DNA from: Candidatus Velthaea sp.
Lineage (GTDB): Bacteria; Vulcanimicrobiota; Vulcanimicrobiia; Vulcanimicrobiales; Vulcanimicrobiaceae
Length of the DNA: 50,785 nucleotides
Direction: 5' to 3'
NCBI GenBank assembly: GCA_050012475.1
Contig: JBEKHC010000043.1
Coordinates: forward strand, 1 to 50,785
In this document: in pieces, positions 19,474 to 31,770 of the stretch
Layout: every line of letters begins with the position of its first letter
Numbering within the stretch: position 1 is the first letter of the stretch
Position numbers and translations under genes: made by a program
The notes under the pieces: generated by a model
What the model was told of the DNA's origin: nothing
Database searches by the model: none
Seen by the model: only the letters and a program-made list of their open reading frames with translations

Positions 19474-20976
19474 ATGAGTCTCACGACTGAGGATAGCACC
19501 GAAGACCTCAAAGCTCGCAATCAAGCCCTCATCGCTGAGGTCTTGGAAGTCTATCCGGCGGCCACGGCCAAAAGACGCGCCAAGCATCTAGGAACATTCG
19601 AAGAAGGCAAACCGGATTGCGGCGTCAAGTCGAACATCAAGTCGATCCCCGGCGTGATGACGATCCGCGGCTGTGCGTACGCCGGGTCGAAGGGCGTGGT
19701 TTGGGGCCCGATCAAGGACATGGTTCACATCAGCCACGGCCCGGTCGGCTGCGGCCAATATTCATGGGGATCGCGCCGGAACTATTATATCGGCACGACC
19801 GGCGTGGACACGTTCGTGACGATGCAGTTCACCTCCGATTTCCAGGAAAAAGACATCGTCTTCGGCGGTGACAAAAAACTCGCCAAGATCATGGATGAGA
19901 TTGAGGAGCTCTTTCCGCTCAATAAAGGCATCACCGTTCAATCCGAGTGTCCGATTGGGCTCATCGGCGACGACATCGAGGCCGTTTCCAAGGCCAAGGC
20001 CAAACAGTTCGGCAAGACGATCGTCCCGGTCCGCTGCGAGGGCTTCCGCGGCGTGTCGCAGTCGCTCGGACACCATATCGCCAATGACGCCGTTCGCGAC
20101 TGGGTATTCGATAAGCTCACCGGCAAACCGGTGCGCTTCGAGAGCACGCCCTACGACGTTGCGATCATCGGGGACTACAACATCGGCGGCGACGCCTGGT
20201 CCTCGCGCATCCTGCTCGAAGAGATGGGCTTGCGTGTGATCGCGCAGTGGTCGGGCGACGGCAGCCTAGCCGAACTCGAGGCGACGCCCAAGGCCAAGCT
20301 CAACGTGCTGCACTGCTATCGCTCGATGAACTACATTTCGCGCCACATGGAAGAGAAGTACGGCGTCCCGTGGGTCGAGTACAATTTCTTCGGCCCCACC
20401 AAGATCGAGGAATCGCTGCGCAAAATCGCCGCTCACTTCGACGACAAGATCAAGGCCGGCGCGGAAGAAGTGATCGCCAAGTACAAGGCGCTCACGGCCA
20501 AAACGATCGAGAAATATCGCCCGCGTCTGGCGGGCAAGAAGGTCATGCTCTTCGTCGGCGGTCTCCGTCCGCGGCACGTCATCGGCGCCTATGAAGATCT
20601 GGGCATGGAAGTGGTCGGTACGGGTTATGAATTCGGCCACAACGACGACTACCAGCGGACGACGCATTACGTCAAAGACGGAACGCTGATTTACGACGAT
20701 GTGACCGGCTACGAGTTCGAGAAGTTCGTCGAAAAGGTTCAGCCCGACTTGGTCGGTTCGGGCATCAAAGAGAAGTACGTCTTTCAGAAGATGGGCGTGC
20801 CGTTCCGGCAGATGCACTCTTGGGATTACTCGGGTCCGTACCACGGCTACGACGGCTTCCCGATCTTCGCCCGCGATATGGACATGGCAATCAACTCCCC
20901 CATTTGGAAGTTGGCAAAGGCGCCGTGGAAGCAGCAGCCGGCCGCGTCCACCCCTTCATCCGAGTCAGCTGCTTGA
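19474..20976 (+). CDS. nifD: nitrogenase MoFe protein alpha chain
   Basis: [37 protein letters not shown]. Confidence 0.99.
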   Translation: MSLTTEDSTEDLKARNQALIAEVLEVYPAATAKRRAKHLGTFEEGKPDCGVKSNIKSIPGVMTIRGCAYAGSKGVVWGPIKDMVHISHGPVGCGQYSWGSRRNYYIGTTGVDTFVTMQFTSDFQEKDIVFGGDKKLAKIMDEIEELFPLNKGITVQSECPIGLIGDDIEAVSKAKAKQFGKTIVPVRCEGFRGVSQSLGHHIANDAVRDWVFDKLTGKPVRFESTPYDVAIIGDYNIGGDAWSSRILLEEMGLRVIAQWSGDGSLAELEATPKAKLNVLHCYRSMNYISRHMEEKYGVPWVEYNFFGPTKIEESLRKIAAHFDDKIKAGAEEVIAKYKALTAKTIEKYRPRLAGKKVMLFVGGLRPRHVIGAYEDLGMEVVGTGYEFGHNDDYQRTTHYVKDGTLIYDDVTGYEFEKFVEKVQPDLVGSGIKEKYVFQKMGVPFRQMHSWDYSGPYHGYDGFPIFARDMDMAINSPIWKLAKAPWKQQPAASTPSSESAA

Positions 20977-20980
20977 TCTA

Positions 20981-21084
20981 GGGATGCTCCCAATTCACCC
21001 TGGACGTCATCGCTGCGCGGCTCATTTGCTGAAGCAAACTTCGCCGCTATACGCCTCGCCGGGACGAAATGGGAGCATCATCCC
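20981..21084. mobile_element. MITE-like element (family B), copy 2, opposite orientation
   Basis: Reverse complement of 7707..7807 core (GCGGCTCATTTGCT..AGCAAACTTCGCCGCTA), GGGATGCTC end. Confidence 0.75.
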
Positions 21085-21105
21085 TCGAGGATCGACTTCG
21101 TCGAT

Positions 21106-21185
21106 CCGTCGCGTTCGGGCTTCGCCCGAGCCGCCCGTCACGCTCTCGCCAAGCCGCCCGTCGCGTTCGGCTTCGCCCAGCCCCC
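21106..21185. repeat. tandem hairpin repeat (family C), ~3 units
   Basis: CCGTCGCGTTCGGGCTTCGCCCGAGCCG plus two degenerate units. Confidence 0.75.
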
Positions 21186-21212
21186 CGTCTTAACGTTTAG
21201 AGGAGTTCTTCA

Positions 21213-22772
21213 ATGAGCCAAGATGCCGAGCACGTCATCGATCATGTCGACTTATTCCGCGGTGCGGAATACCAGGAGATGTTCGAGAAGAAACGGGCAA
21301 ACTTCGAGAACCCGGCTGCGGACGATGAACTGGCGCGCGTTCGGGAGTGGACCAAGACCGACGAGTATCGCGAAAAGAACTTCGCCCGCACGTCGCTCAC
21401 GGTCAATCCGGCGAAAGCCTGTCAACCGCTCGGAGCAGTGTTTGCGGCCGTCGGTTTCGAGAGCACGCTTCCGTTCGTGCACGGCTCGCAAGGTTGCGTC
21501 GCCTATTATCGGAGCCATTTCTCGCGGCACTTCAAGGAACCGACGTCGTGCGTTTCGTCGTCGATGACGGAGGACGCGGCCGTTTTCGGCGGCATGAAAA
21601 ACATGATCGAAGGGCTTGCGAACTCGTACAACATGTACAAGCCCAAGATGATTTCGGTTTCGACCACCTGTATGGCGGAGGTGATCGGCGACGATCTCAG
21701 CTCGTTCATCAAGAACGCGAAGGAAAAGGGATCGGTCCCCGAAGAGTTCGACGTTCCGTTCGCCCATACGCCGGCGTTTGTCGGCAGCCACATCACCGGT
21801 TACGACAATGTGCTCAAGGGAATTCTCGAGCATTTCTGGGCCGGTAAGGCAAGAACGGTCGCGAAACTCGAGCGCGTGGCCAACGATAAGATCAATTTCA
21901 TCGGCGGCTTCGACGGGTACACCGTCGGCAATCTACGTGAAATAAAGCGCATCTTCGGTTTGATGGGCGTGGATTTCACGATCATCTCGGATAACAGCGA
22001 CGTGTGGGACACGCCGACCGACGGGCAATTCCGCATGTATGACGGTGGCACGACCCTCGAAGATACGGCCGACGCGATCCACGCCAAGGCAACGATCTCG
22101 ATGCAAGAGTTCTGTACGGAAAAGACGCTGGCATTCGTCGCCGGCCAGGGTCAGGAAGTCGTTTCGTTCAACCACCCCATGGGTCTGGCGGGCACCGACA
22201 AGTTCCTTATGGAAGTCGCGCGGATCACCGGCAAAGAGATCCCGGACGAGCTGGCCAAAGAGCGCGGCCGTCTGGCCGACGCGATCGCCGATTCGAACTC
22301 GCACTTGCACGGGAAGAAGTTTGCCATCTACGGCGATCCCGACCTGTGCCTCGGTCTGGCCGGCTTTCTCATGGAACTTGGCGCCGAGCCGGTGCACATT
22401 CTTTCGACCAATGGCGGCAATACGTGGGTGGAGCGGATGCAAGCGCTGCTCGACAGCTCGCCGTTCGGAAAGAACTGCCACATCTATCCGGGCAAGGATC
22501 TCTGGCACATGCGCTCGCTCCTGTTTACCGAACCGGTCGATTTCCTGATCGGCAATACGTACGGCAAATATTTGGAGCGCGATACCGGCACGCCGTTGAT
22601 CCGCATCGGCTTCCCGATCTTCGATCGGCATCATCACCATCGCTATCCGGTGTGGGGCTATCAAGGCGCTCTCAACGTCCTCGTACAGCTGCTCGACAAA
22701 GTCTTCGACGAGATCGATCGCAACACGAACGTCGCCTCGAAAACCGACTACAGCTTCGACATCATCCGCTGA
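21213..22772 (+). CDS. nifK: nitrogenase MoFe protein beta chain
   Basis: [28 protein letters not shown]-terminal FDIIR; long Group I N-terminus. Confidence 0.99.
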   Translation: MSQDAEHVIDHVDLFRGAEYQEMFEKKRANFENPAADDELARVREWTKTDEYREKNFARTSLTVNPAKACQPLGAVFAAVGFESTLPFVHGSQGCVAYYRSHFSRHFKEPTSCVSSSMTEDAAVFGGMKNMIEGLANSYNMYKPKMISVSTTCMAEVIGDDLSSFIKNAKEKGSVPEEFDVPFAHTPAFVGSHITGYDNVLKGILEHFWAGKARTVAKLERVANDKINFIGGFDGYTVGNLREIKRIFGLMGVDFTIISDNSDVWDTPTDGQFRMYDGGTTLEDTADAIHAKATISMQEFCTEKTLAFVAGQGQEVVSFNHPMGLAGTDKFLMEVARITGKEIPDELAKERGRLADAIADSNSHLHGKKFAIYGDPDLCLGLAGFLMELGAEPVHILSTNGGNTWVERMQALLDSSPFGKNCHIYPGKDLWHMRSLLFTEPVDFLIGNTYGKYLERDTGTPLIRIGFPIFDRHHHHRYPVWGYQGALNVLVQLLDKVFDEIDRNTNVASKTDYSFDIIR

Positions 22773-22799
22773 GGCATCAGCAGCCGCGAAGGGGTCACC

Positions 22800-24200
22800 A
22801 TGAGCACCCTGTCCAGCAAGATCCAGGAAGTCTTCAACGAGCCGGGGTGCGAGATCAACGCGGCGAAGTCCGGCAAGGCGCGCAAGAAGGGCTGTACCAA
22901 GCAACTTGCACCGGGCGCGGCGGCCGGCGGCTGCGCCTTCGACGGCGCGAAGATCGCGCTGCAGCCAATCACCGACGTCGCTCATTTGGTGCACGGGCCG
23001 ATTGCCTGCGAAGGGAATTCCTGGGATAACCGCGGGACGAAATCCTCGGGCCCGCAGCTGTACCGGACGAGCTTCACCACCGACATCAACGAGAACGACG
23101 TGGTGTTTGGGGGCGAAAAGCGGCTCTACAAAGCGATCAAAGAGATCGTCGAGAAATACGATCCGCCGGCGGTGTTCGTCTACCAAACGTGCGTGCCGGC
23201 GATGATCGGCGACGATCTGGGCGCCGTTTGTAAGGCGGCCAGCGAGAAGTTCGGCAAGCCCGTCATCCCCGTGATGTCGCCGGGCTTCGTCGGACCGAAA
23301 AACCTTGGCAATAAGCTCGCGGGCGAAGCGCTTCTCGATCACGTGATCGGAACCGAGGAGCCCGACTACACGACACCCTACGACCTCAACATCATCGGCG
23401 AATACAACCTCTCGGGCGAGTTATGGCAGGTGAAGCCGCTCCTGGATGAGATGGGCGTACGCATTCTGTCGTGCATTTCGGGCGATGCCCGCTATCACGA
23501 AGTTGCCCGCTCGCACCGCGCCCGGGCCGCGATGATGGTGTGTTCCAAGGCCATGATCAACATCGCTCGCAAGATGGAAGAGCGCTACGCGATTCCGTTT
23601 TTCGAGGGTTCGTTCTACGGGATCGGCGACACGAGTGATTCGCTGCGGCAAATCGCCAAACTGCTCGTCGGGCGCGGTGCGCCGGCAGAACTGATCGAGC
23701 GTACGGAATCGATTATCCGGCGGGAAGAAGCACGTGCCTGGCAAGAGCTCGAGCCCTACAAGGCGGCACTCGCGGGCAAACGCGTGCTGCTGATCACCGG
23801 CGGTGTGAAGTCGTGGTCCGTTGTAGCGGCGCTCCAGGCGGTTGGGCTCGAGATCGTCGGCACGAGCGTGAAGAAGTCGACCCAAGAAGATAAGGAGCGG
23901 ATCAAAGAGATCATGGGCGGCGACGCTCATATGATCGACGACATGACGCCGCGTGAAATGTATAAGATGCTCAAGGAAGCGCGTGCCGACATCATGTTGT
24001 CCGGCGGACGGTCGCAATTCGTCGCGCTCAAAGCGAAGATGCCGTGGCTGGACATCAACCAAGAGCGCCATCATGCCTACGCCGGGTATGCGGGCATGAC
24101 TGCCTTGGTCCGCGAGATCGAGAAAGCATTGCATAATCCGATCTGGGAGCACGTGCGCAAGCCGGCGCCTTGGGCGCTGCCTTTGGTTTCGGTGGCTTGA
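22800..24200 (+). CDS. nifE: FeMo-co scaffold NifE
   Basis: [27 protein letters not shown]. Confidence 0.97.
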   Translation: MSTLSSKIQEVFNEPGCEINAAKSGKARKKGCTKQLAPGAAAGGCAFDGAKIALQPITDVAHLVHGPIACEGNSWDNRGTKSSGPQLYRTSFTTDINENDVVFGGEKRLYKAIKEIVEKYDPPAVFVYQTCVPAMIGDDLGAVCKAASEKFGKPVIPVMSPGFVGPKNLGNKLAGEALLDHVIGTEEPDYTTPYDLNIIGEYNLSGELWQVKPLLDEMGVRILSCISGDARYHEVARSHRARAAMMVCSKAMINIARKMEERYAIPFFEGSFYGIGDTSDSLRQIAKLLVGRGAPAELIERTESIIRREEARAWQELEPYKAALAGKRVLLITGGVKSWSVVAALQAVGLEIVGTSVKKSTQEDKERIKEIMGGDAHMIDDMTPREMYKMLKEARADIMLSGGRSQFVALKAKMPWLDINQERHHAYAGYAGMTALVREIEKALHNPIWEHVRKPAPWALPLVSVA

Positions 24201-24208
24201 CGATTCCC

Positions 24209-25582
24209 ATGGCCACGGTTGTCACCTCCCGCAAAGCCTGCACGGTCAATCCGCTCAAGATGAGCCAGCCCATCGGCGGTGCGCTCGCGTTCATGGGCAT
24301 TCGCGGCTGCATGCCGCTGCTGCACGGATCGCAGGGCTGCACGTCGTTCGGGCTCGTGCTCTTCGTGCGCCATTTCCGCGAGTCGATTCCGCTGCAAACG
24401 ACGGCGATGAGCGAAGTGGCAACGGTGCTCGGCGGATTCGACAACGTCGAAGCGGCGATCGTCAATATCGCCAAACGCACGAAACCGGAGATCATCGGGA
24501 TTTGCTCGACCGGCGTGACCGAAGTGAAGGGCGACGACGTCGACGCGTTCATCCGGGTGATCCGCGCGAATCATCCGGAGTTGGCGCACATCGGTCTCGT
24601 GTACGTCTCGACGCCGGATTTCAAGGGAGCCTTTCAGGACGGCTGGTCGCGGGCCGTCGTGCAACTGGTCGAGCAGCTCGTCGAGCCGGTGCCCGAAGGA
24701 CACCGGATGCTGCGCAACCCGCGGCAAATCAACGTGTTGCCCGGCAGCCATCTGACGCCGGGGGATCTTGAAGAGCTGCGCGAGATCATCGAGGCGTTCG
24801 GGCTCGAGCCGCTTTTCTTACCCGATCTTTCCGGTTCGCTCGACGGGCACATCCCCGAGGACTTCACGCCAACGACGTTGGGTGGTATCAGCCTCGCCCA
24901 GATTGCGCGCTTGGGTTCGTCGGCACACACGATCGCCGTCGGCGAACAGATGCGAGCCGCGGCGGTCGCGATGGAAGTGCGGACCGGCGTGCCGTTCACG
25001 CTCTTCGACCGGCTGACGGGACTTGCGCCCAACGACGATCTGATCGCCCTGTTGGCGAGCCTGGGCGGCCAATCCGTCCCGGCCAAATATCGGCGCCAGC
25101 GCAGCCAGTTGGTCGACGCCATGCTCGACGGACATTTTCACTTCGGCGGCAAGAAGATTGCGATCGGTGCCGAGCCGGATTTGTTATGGAGCATGTCGGC
25201 CTTTCTCACCGAGATGGGCAGTCAGATCACCGCCGCCGTAACGACGACGGCCTCACCTTTGCTCGCGCAGATGGAGACGGGCGAGGTGCTCATCGGAGAC
25301 CTCGAAGATCTCGAGTGCCGGTCAGCCGGCTGCGACCTGCTGATCACGCACTCTCACGGCCGGCAGGCCGCGCAGCGGCTCAACATCCCGTTGTATCGGT
25401 TGGGTTTCCCGATGTTCGATCGGCTGGGGGCGGGGCACCGGCTTTCGGTCGGCTATCGCGGCACGCGAGATTTGATCTTCGAGATCGGCAACGTCTTCGT
25501 GGCGGAGTCGCATGAGGTTACTCCCGATACCTGGCGCCGCAGCGAGGAAACCGCCGTGGAATCCGCCGTCCCGCTTTCCTAG
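24209..25582 (+). CDS. nifN: FeMo-co scaffold NifN
   Basis: NPLKMSQPIG, HGSQGC, RHFRE.IPLQTTAM, GFPMFDRLG. Confidence 0.97.
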   Translation: MATVVTSRKACTVNPLKMSQPIGGALAFMGIRGCMPLLHGSQGCTSFGLVLFVRHFRESIPLQTTAMSEVATVLGGFDNVEAAIVNIAKRTKPEIIGICSTGVTEVKGDDVDAFIRVIRANHPELAHIGLVYVSTPDFKGAFQDGWSRAVVQLVEQLVEPVPEGHRMLRNPRQINVLPGSHLTPGDLEELREIIEAFGLEPLFLPDLSGSLDGHIPEDFTPTTLGGISLAQIARLGSSAHTIAVGEQMRAAAVAMEVRTGVPFTLFDRLTGLAPNDDLIALLASLGGQSVPAKYRRQRSQLVDAMLDGHFHFGGKKIAIGAEPDLLWSMSAFLTEMGSQITAAVTTTASPLLAQMETGEVLIGDLEDLECRSAGCDLLITHSHGRQAAQRLNIPLYRLGFPMFDRLGAGHRLSVGYRGTRDLIFEIGNVFVAESHEVTPDTWRRSEETAVESAVPLS

Positions 25583-25607
25583 GACTCGTTCTGCTCACGG
25601 AGTTGAT

Positions 25608-26021
25608 ATGAAGATTGCATTCGCCACCCAAGACCACAAACACGTCGACGCCCATTTCGGCTGGGCAAAAAACATCGCGATCTACGAGGTCTCGCCGAAC
25701 GGTCATCGGTTCGTGCACGAGGTTGCCTTTGATGGCGATCTGCAAGAAGACGGGAGCGAAGATAAGCTCACCCCGAAACTCGACGCGATCAAAGACTGCG
25801 CGATCTTGTACGTTGCCGCCATCGGCGGCTCCGGCGCGGCACGCGTCGTGGCGAGCAAAATCCACCCGATCAAGGTCAACGAGCCCGAAGCGATCGACAC
25901 CATCTTGGACAAACTTCAGGTCGTCCTCGCGGGTACACCGCCGCCTTGGCTGCGCAAGGCAATGCTCAAGGACGCGCCTCGTAACGTTTCGTACGAGGAT
26001 GAAGTGGTGACGCATGCTTGA
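25608..26021 (+). CDS. nifX: NifX
   Basis: MKIAFAT.D...VDAHFG.A, AIGGS.AA, PPPWLRK. Confidence 0.95.
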   Translation: MKIAFATQDHKHVDAHFGWAKNIAIYEVSPNGHRFVHEVAFDGDLQEDGSEDKLTPKLDAIKDCAILYVAAIGGSGAARVVASKIHPIKVNEPEAIDTILDKLQVVLAGTPPPWLRKAMLKDAPRNVSYEDEVVTHA

Positions 26022-26496
26022 AACGGCAGCCGCCGCCAGCACTGCGACCGCCCCGATCCCCTTGATGGAAAATGCGTTCGTGAAAGAGCTCGTCCGGCAG
26101 TGGCGCGCTCAGGACGCGCATGGGGCGTGGGAAGGCAAAACCGACCTCGACCTGCTCGAGCCGTACATCATCGACAAGGAAATGCGGCGCCAGCTGCCGA
26201 TCATCGGCGATCCGGACCCCGAGACGCTGTGGCGTTTGGAACTCTTCTATAACGCCGTCGGGCTGGTCATCGAACGCCAGACGGAAATCATGGTTTCGCC
26301 GATGATGAAGATTCATCACGAGGGATTCGGCCGGCTCGTGCTGACCGCGGGCCGCCTGATCGTCCTCAACAAACAGCTGCGCGACGTGCACCGCTTTGGC
26401 TTCGACAGCCTCGAAAAACTGGCCCGCGAAGGCGACAAGCTGGTGGCCGCGGCGGTCGAGATGATCGAGAAATTCCCCGAAGTCGCTAATTACTAG
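26014..26496 (+). CDS. NifX-associated protein (DUF269)
   Basis: [30 protein letters not shown]. Confidence 0.9.
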   Translation: MLETAAAASTATAPIPLMENAFVKELVRQWRAQDAHGAWEGKTDLDLLEPYIIDKEMRRQLPIIGDPDPETLWRLELFYNAVGLVIERQTEIMVSPMMKIHHEGFGRLVLTAGRLIVLNKQLRDVHRFGFDSLEKLAREGDKLVAAAVEMIEKFPEVANY

Positions 26497-26512
26497 CCAC
26501 GAGAGAGAGCAG

Positions 26513-26734
26513 ATGTCCGACACCGACGCCCTGAAATTGGAGATCCGAAAGCTGTCCGCTCAGGCGATGCAGGCCAAGATGGATTTGCACGATCTCTCCG
26601 AGGAGCTGCCAATCGGCTGGCCGCAGATTCTGAGCGTCGCGCAGCGCGCTCACGACGCTTTCAAGCTGCTCGAGAGCAAGCGCGAGCTACTGAAGGCCCA
26701 GTCGGAACTCGTCTCCACTGAGTCGGGAGGCTGA
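26513..26734 (+). CDS. CCE_0567/Rop-like nif-associated protein
   Basis: KMDLHDLSEELP..W. Confidence 0.85.
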   Translation: MSDTDALKLEIRKLSAQAMQAKMDLHDLSEELPIGWPQILSVAQRAHDAFKLLESKRELLKAQSELVSTESGG

Positions 26735-26742
26735 GACCGAGC

Positions 26743-27039
26743 GTGGCAATCGTAGCAAGAGAATCCATGACGCGCGATGGGCGCGAGTGGCAGCCGCACT
26801 ATTTGGTCGCGATCGACGGCGCCGTGTGTATTGGGTGCGGCCGCTGTTACAAGGTCTGCGGGCGCGAGGTCATGACGCTCAAGGGCATCAACGAGGACGG
26901 CGACCTGGTCGAACTCGACGATGATGAAGACGACGAGATCGAGCGCAAGGTCATGGTCATGGCGGACGCCGGCGCCTGCATCGGCTGCGCCGCGTGCTCG
27001 CGCGTCTGCCCCACCGATTGCCAAACCCACGCGGCCTAG
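26743..27039 (+). CDS. fdxB: nif-specific ferredoxin III
   Basis: TRDG..W.P, CIGCGRCYKVC, acidic loop, CIGC.AC.RVCP. Confidence 0.92.
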   Translation: MAIVARESMTRDGREWQPHYLVAIDGAVCIGCGRCYKVCGREVMTLKGINEDGDLVELDDDEDDEIERKVMVMADAGACIGCAACSRVCPTDCQTHAA

Positions 27040-27047
27040 GCTGACAC

Positions 27048-27728
27048 ATGCAGGCCGGCGTCGCGTACGAGTGGCTGATGGATCGAGCGGAGAGTACCCT
27101 TTGCGACCACTTTGACGCGCACGTCCTGGCCTCGGTCTATTCGTTGGCGATCGCGGAAACGCGGACGTCCGGGATCTCACTCTCGGAAGGCACGGGAGCA
27201 AGGACCAACGGCCTGCGGAGGATGATCGGCGACGTCTTTCCGCAGGCCCTCCCGCTGCTCGATGATTTCGTTGCTTGCAACGAACTGTTCATTCCCGAAG
27301 ACGAGCGTTCTCTGCGCGAACTGCTGACTCGGTTCTCAACCCATGGCAGTCCGTTCGAGCAGCATCTCGCGGCGTTGGTTGCACGCCGAGCAATGCGGCC
27401 TAACCACCTGTGGCAAGATCTGGGCCTGCGCAACCGCGGCGAGCTAAGCGAACTCATGCACCGGCATTTTGCGTCACTGGCGAGGCGCAACGTCAACGAC
27501 ATGAAGTGGAAAAAGTTTCTCTATCGCATGATTTGCCGGGACGAGGGATTTCGCTTGTGCACGGCTCCCAGCTGCGCGGAATGCGGCGACTTCGCCGTCT
27601 GTTTCGGTGATGAATCCGGGGAAAGTCTGCTTGCCCGCAACCGGCGAAATGCCGAGCTTTCAGCGGCCGGCGTGACGGTGCAGATACTGCCGGCTCGACC
27701 GACCGAAGTGCGACAAACAACGATCTGA
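27048..27728 (+). CDS. nifQ: molybdenum donor NifQ
   Basis: NHLWQDLGL, N...MKWKKF.Y, Cx4Cx2Cx5C. Confidence 0.92.
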   Translation: MQAGVAYEWLMDRAESTLCDHFDAHVLASVYSLAIAETRTSGISLSEGTGARTNGLRRMIGDVFPQALPLLDDFVACNELFIPEDERSLRELLTRFSTHGSPFEQHLAALVARRAMRPNHLWQDLGLRNRGELSELMHRHFASLARRNVNDMKWKKFLYRMICRDEGFRLCTAPSCAECGDFAVCFGDESGESLLARNRRNAELSAAGVTVQILPARPTEVRQTTI

Positions 27729-27929
27729 CTTGCCACACAATTACCTGCGTCAACAGCTTGCCGAATGGCCCGTGAGATTTCCGTCAACACGTGTTAGCGT
27801 ATAAAAAAGAGTGCAGCTTTCATCGAGCGCATAGTAGTGCTTTTCAGCGGTTGGCCAAAGCTGATCGAAACGACGAGAGCCGATCATTGGGACACCGCGC
27901 GGTGCACATGATCGCGAAAGGAGCAACAA

Positions 27930-28250
27930 ATGATTCACCTCACGCAGAGTGCTGCCGACGCCGTTCGTTCAGCGATGGCGGGCGCCGCGGAGCCGATGGA
28001 CGGCCTGCGCATCGTCGTTGAAGCCGGCGGCTGTGCCGGGTTCAAGTATATGATGGGACTGGTGCCGCAACCGGCGCCGGGTGACGTGCAGTTGGAGGAT
28101 CGCGGTATCAAAGTCTTCATCGATCCGGCGAGCCTCCCGTCGATCGAGGGAACGACGATCGACTTCGTGATGACCCTCCAAGAGTCGGGGTTCAGCTTCA
28201 AAAATCCGCAGGCGACCGAGAGTTGCAGCTGCGGCAAATCGTTCGGATAA
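27930..28250 (+). CDS. iscA: IscA/HesB Fe-S carrier (nif-type)
   Basis: GGCAG.KY.M...GF.F.NP....CSCGKSF; AAGGAG RBS. Confidence 0.92.
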   Translation: MIHLTQSAADAVRSAMAGAAEPMDGLRIVVEAGGCAGFKYMMGLVPQPAPGDVQLEDRGIKVFIDPASLPSIEGTTIDFVMTLQESGFSFKNPQATESCSCGKSFG

Positions 28251-28256
28251 CGGCCG

Positions 28257-29702
28257 ATGAGCGGATCTGCCCAGAGCGTCGAGACCCTCGCCAACCAAGA
28301 GTACAAATGGGGTTTCGTCACGGACATCGAGGCCGACGCGATTCCGCGCGGCCTCAGCGAAGACGTGGTCCGCTTGATTTCGGCGAAGAAGGACGAACCC
28401 GGGTGGCTGCTCGAGTGGCGGCTGCGGGCGTTCCGTCTCTGGCAATCGATGAGCGAACCGGCGTGGTCGAACGTCCGCTATCCGAAGATCGACTACCAGA
28501 ACATCATCTACTACGCGGCGCCGAAGTCGAAGAGCGACGCGCCCAAGAGCCTCGACGAGGTCGATCCCGAACTTCTCGACACGTACGCGAAGCTCGGGAT
28601 CCCGCTCAAAGAGCAGGAAATGCTCGCCGGAATCGCTGTCGACGCAGTGTTCGACAGCGTTTCGGTTGCCACGACCTTTAAAGATAAGCTCAAAGCGATG
28701 GGCATCATCTTCGGCTCGTTTTCCGATGCGGTGCGCGAACATCCGGAGCTGGTGCGAAAATACCTGGGTTCGGTCGTTCCGCGCGGCGACAATTATTTCG
28801 CGGCGCTGAATTCGGCCGTTTTCAGCGACGGGTCGTTCTGCTACGTGCCCAAGGGTGTCCGCTGCCCGATGGAGCTCTCCACGTACTTCCGTATCAACGC
28901 CAAAGACACGGGACAATTCGAGCGGACGCTGCTAATCGCCGACGAGGGCGCAATCGTCAGCTATCTCGAGGGGTGCACCGCGCCCATGCGCGACACCAAT
29001 CAATTGCATGCCGCCGTCGTGGAGCTCGTTGCGTTAGAAGGTGCTCAGATCAAGTACTCGACGGTGCAGAACTGGTATCCCGGCGACAAAGAGGGCAAGG
29101 GCGGCATTTACAACTTCGTCACCAAGCGCGGCTCGTGTGCGGCGAATGCGAAAATATCGTGGACGCAAGTTGAAACCGGTTCCGCGATCACGTGGAAGTA
29201 TCCGAGCTGCCTGCTCATCGGCGATAACTCCGTCGGTGAATTCTATTCGGTGGCGCTGACGAACAACTACCAGCAGGCCGACACCGGCACGAAGATGGTC
29301 CACATCGGAAAGAATACGAAGAGCACGATCGTATCAAAGGGGATCTCGGCCGGTCATGGCCGGAACACCTATCGCGGCGCGGTGAAGATCATGCAGTCGG
29401 CGACCGGTGCGCGGAACTTCTCGCAGTGCGATTCGATGCTCCTCGGCGATCTTTGCGAAGCCCACACGTTCCCGTACATCGAGGTAAAGAACAAGTCGTC
29501 GCAGGTGGAGCACGAAGCGTCGACTTCCAAGATCGGCGAGGATCAGATCTTCTATTGCCGTCAACGCGGCATCTCCGCCGAGGACGCCGTTTCGATGATC
29601 GTCAACGGCTTCTGCAAAGAAGTGTTCCGCGAGCTGCCCATGGAGTTCGCCGTGGAAGCCCAAAAATTGCTCGGTGTGAGCTTGGAAGGCAGTGTGGGCT
29701 AA
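28257..29702 (+). CDS. sufB: Fe-S assembly scaffold SufB
   Basis: FDSVSV, YFRIN...[36 protein letters not shown]. Confidence 0.97.
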   Translation: MSGSAQSVETLANQEYKWGFVTDIEADAIPRGLSEDVVRLISAKKDEPGWLLEWRLRAFRLWQSMSEPAWSNVRYPKIDYQNIIYYAAPKSKSDAPKSLDEVDPELLDTYAKLGIPLKEQEMLAGIAVDAVFDSVSVATTFKDKLKAMGIIFGSFSDAVREHPELVRKYLGSVVPRGDNYFAALNSAVFSDGSFCYVPKGVRCPMELSTYFRINAKDTGQFERTLLIADEGAIVSYLEGCTAPMRDTNQLHAAVVELVALEGAQIKYSTVQNWYPGDKEGKGGIYNFVTKRGSCAANAKISWTQVETGSAITWKYPSCLLIGDNSVGEFYSVALTNNYQQADTGTKMVHIGKNTKSTIVSKGISAGHGRNTYRGAVKIMQSATGARNFSQCDSMLLGDLCEAHTFPYIEVKNKSSQVEHEASTSKIGEDQIFYCRQRGISAEDAVSMIVNGFCKEVFRELPMEFAVEAQKLLGVSLEGSVG

Positions 29703-29704
29703 CG

Positions 29705-30477
<773 letters not shown>

Positions 30478-30481
<4 letters not shown>

Positions 30482-31770
30482 CCGCCCAAACCACGCCGAC
30501 GGACACCTGGCTTTCCCAGTTCATCGCTCGGAAGCGCAACGCGCCGTGGCCGGACGCGCCGTGGATCGATCTGTTGCGTCAGGCGGCTTTCGGGCGCTTC
30601 TGCGCACTCGGTTTTCCGACGGCGCGCAACGAGGATTGGCGCTACACCGACGTCGAGCCCATAGCGGCGACGCTGTTCGAGCCCGCCCCGGTGACGACCG
30701 CCGATGCGGACACGCTGGCGCCGTTCACGCGCGGCAACCGGTTGGTCTTCGTCAACGGCCGGCTTCAGCGACCCGTTCCCACGCTGCCCCGGGGCGTGAC
30801 CGCCGGGTTGCTGAGCGGTCAGAAATTGAAGAATGGGAGCGAGCTGACGAGTAACGCGTGGGAGCGCTTGGCAAAGTGCGCCTCATTCGAAGCGAACGCG
30901 TTTGTCGCATTAAATACGGCCTTCTTGGGCGAAGCGGCGTGCATTTACGTCGCGCGAGAGGCGGTTGTCGAAGAGCCGATCCATCTCGTCCACATCACGA
31001 TTCCGGACAGCGCGCCGATCGTCTCACACCCGCGCACCTTGATCGTCGTGGGCGAGTTCGCCCGCTGTACGTTCGTCGAAACATACCTTGGAACCGGTGA
31101 CTACTTCAGCAACTCCGTTACGGAGATAAGCGTAGGAGCGGGCGCGAGCGTCGATCATTACAAGATTCAGACGGAGTCCGTCCGTGCGTTTCACGTCTCG
31201 ACGCTGAGCACGGAAATCGCGCGTGACGCTCGCTACTGCACGACGTCCATCGCGCTCGGCGGCGGGTTGGTGCGGAACAATTCCGGCGCGCGCCTGGCCG
31301 AGGGCTCGAATGCAACGCTCAACGGCCTGTACCTCGTCGAGGGCTCGCAGCATGTCGATAACCAGCTGACGGTCGATCATGCCGAGCCGAACGCAGCGAG
31401 TGTGGAACTCTACAAAGGCATTCTCAACGACGCAGCCACGGCTGCGTTCAACGGGAAGATCGTGGTCCGCAAAGATGCGCAGAAAACCGATGCGAAGCAA
31501 ACAAACCAGAATCTCATGCTGTCGGACGATGCCGTGGTGAACGCGAAGCCGGAACTACAGATCTTTGCCGACGACGTGAAGTGCACGCATGGTGCAACCG
31601 TCGGTCAGTTGGATGCCGAAGCCGCGTTCTATCTGCGTTCGCGGGGAATCGGGCCGCAAGAAGCGCGCGGCATGCTCACCTACGCTTTCGCGAAAGACGT
31701 GATCGATCGGGTGAAAGTCGCACCGGTCCGGAGCATGCTCGAGCGCGCCCTTTTCGAGAAGCTCGCATGA
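30478..31770 (+). CDS. sufD: Fe-S assembly protein SufD
   Basis: FPT..NEDWRYT, KPELQIFADDVKCTHGAT, FYLRSRGI. Confidence 0.95.

Noticed and set aside
19474..22772. Alternative (V/Fe) nitrogenase
   Set aside because: No vnfG/anfG between D and K; Mo-type motifs and nifQ are present
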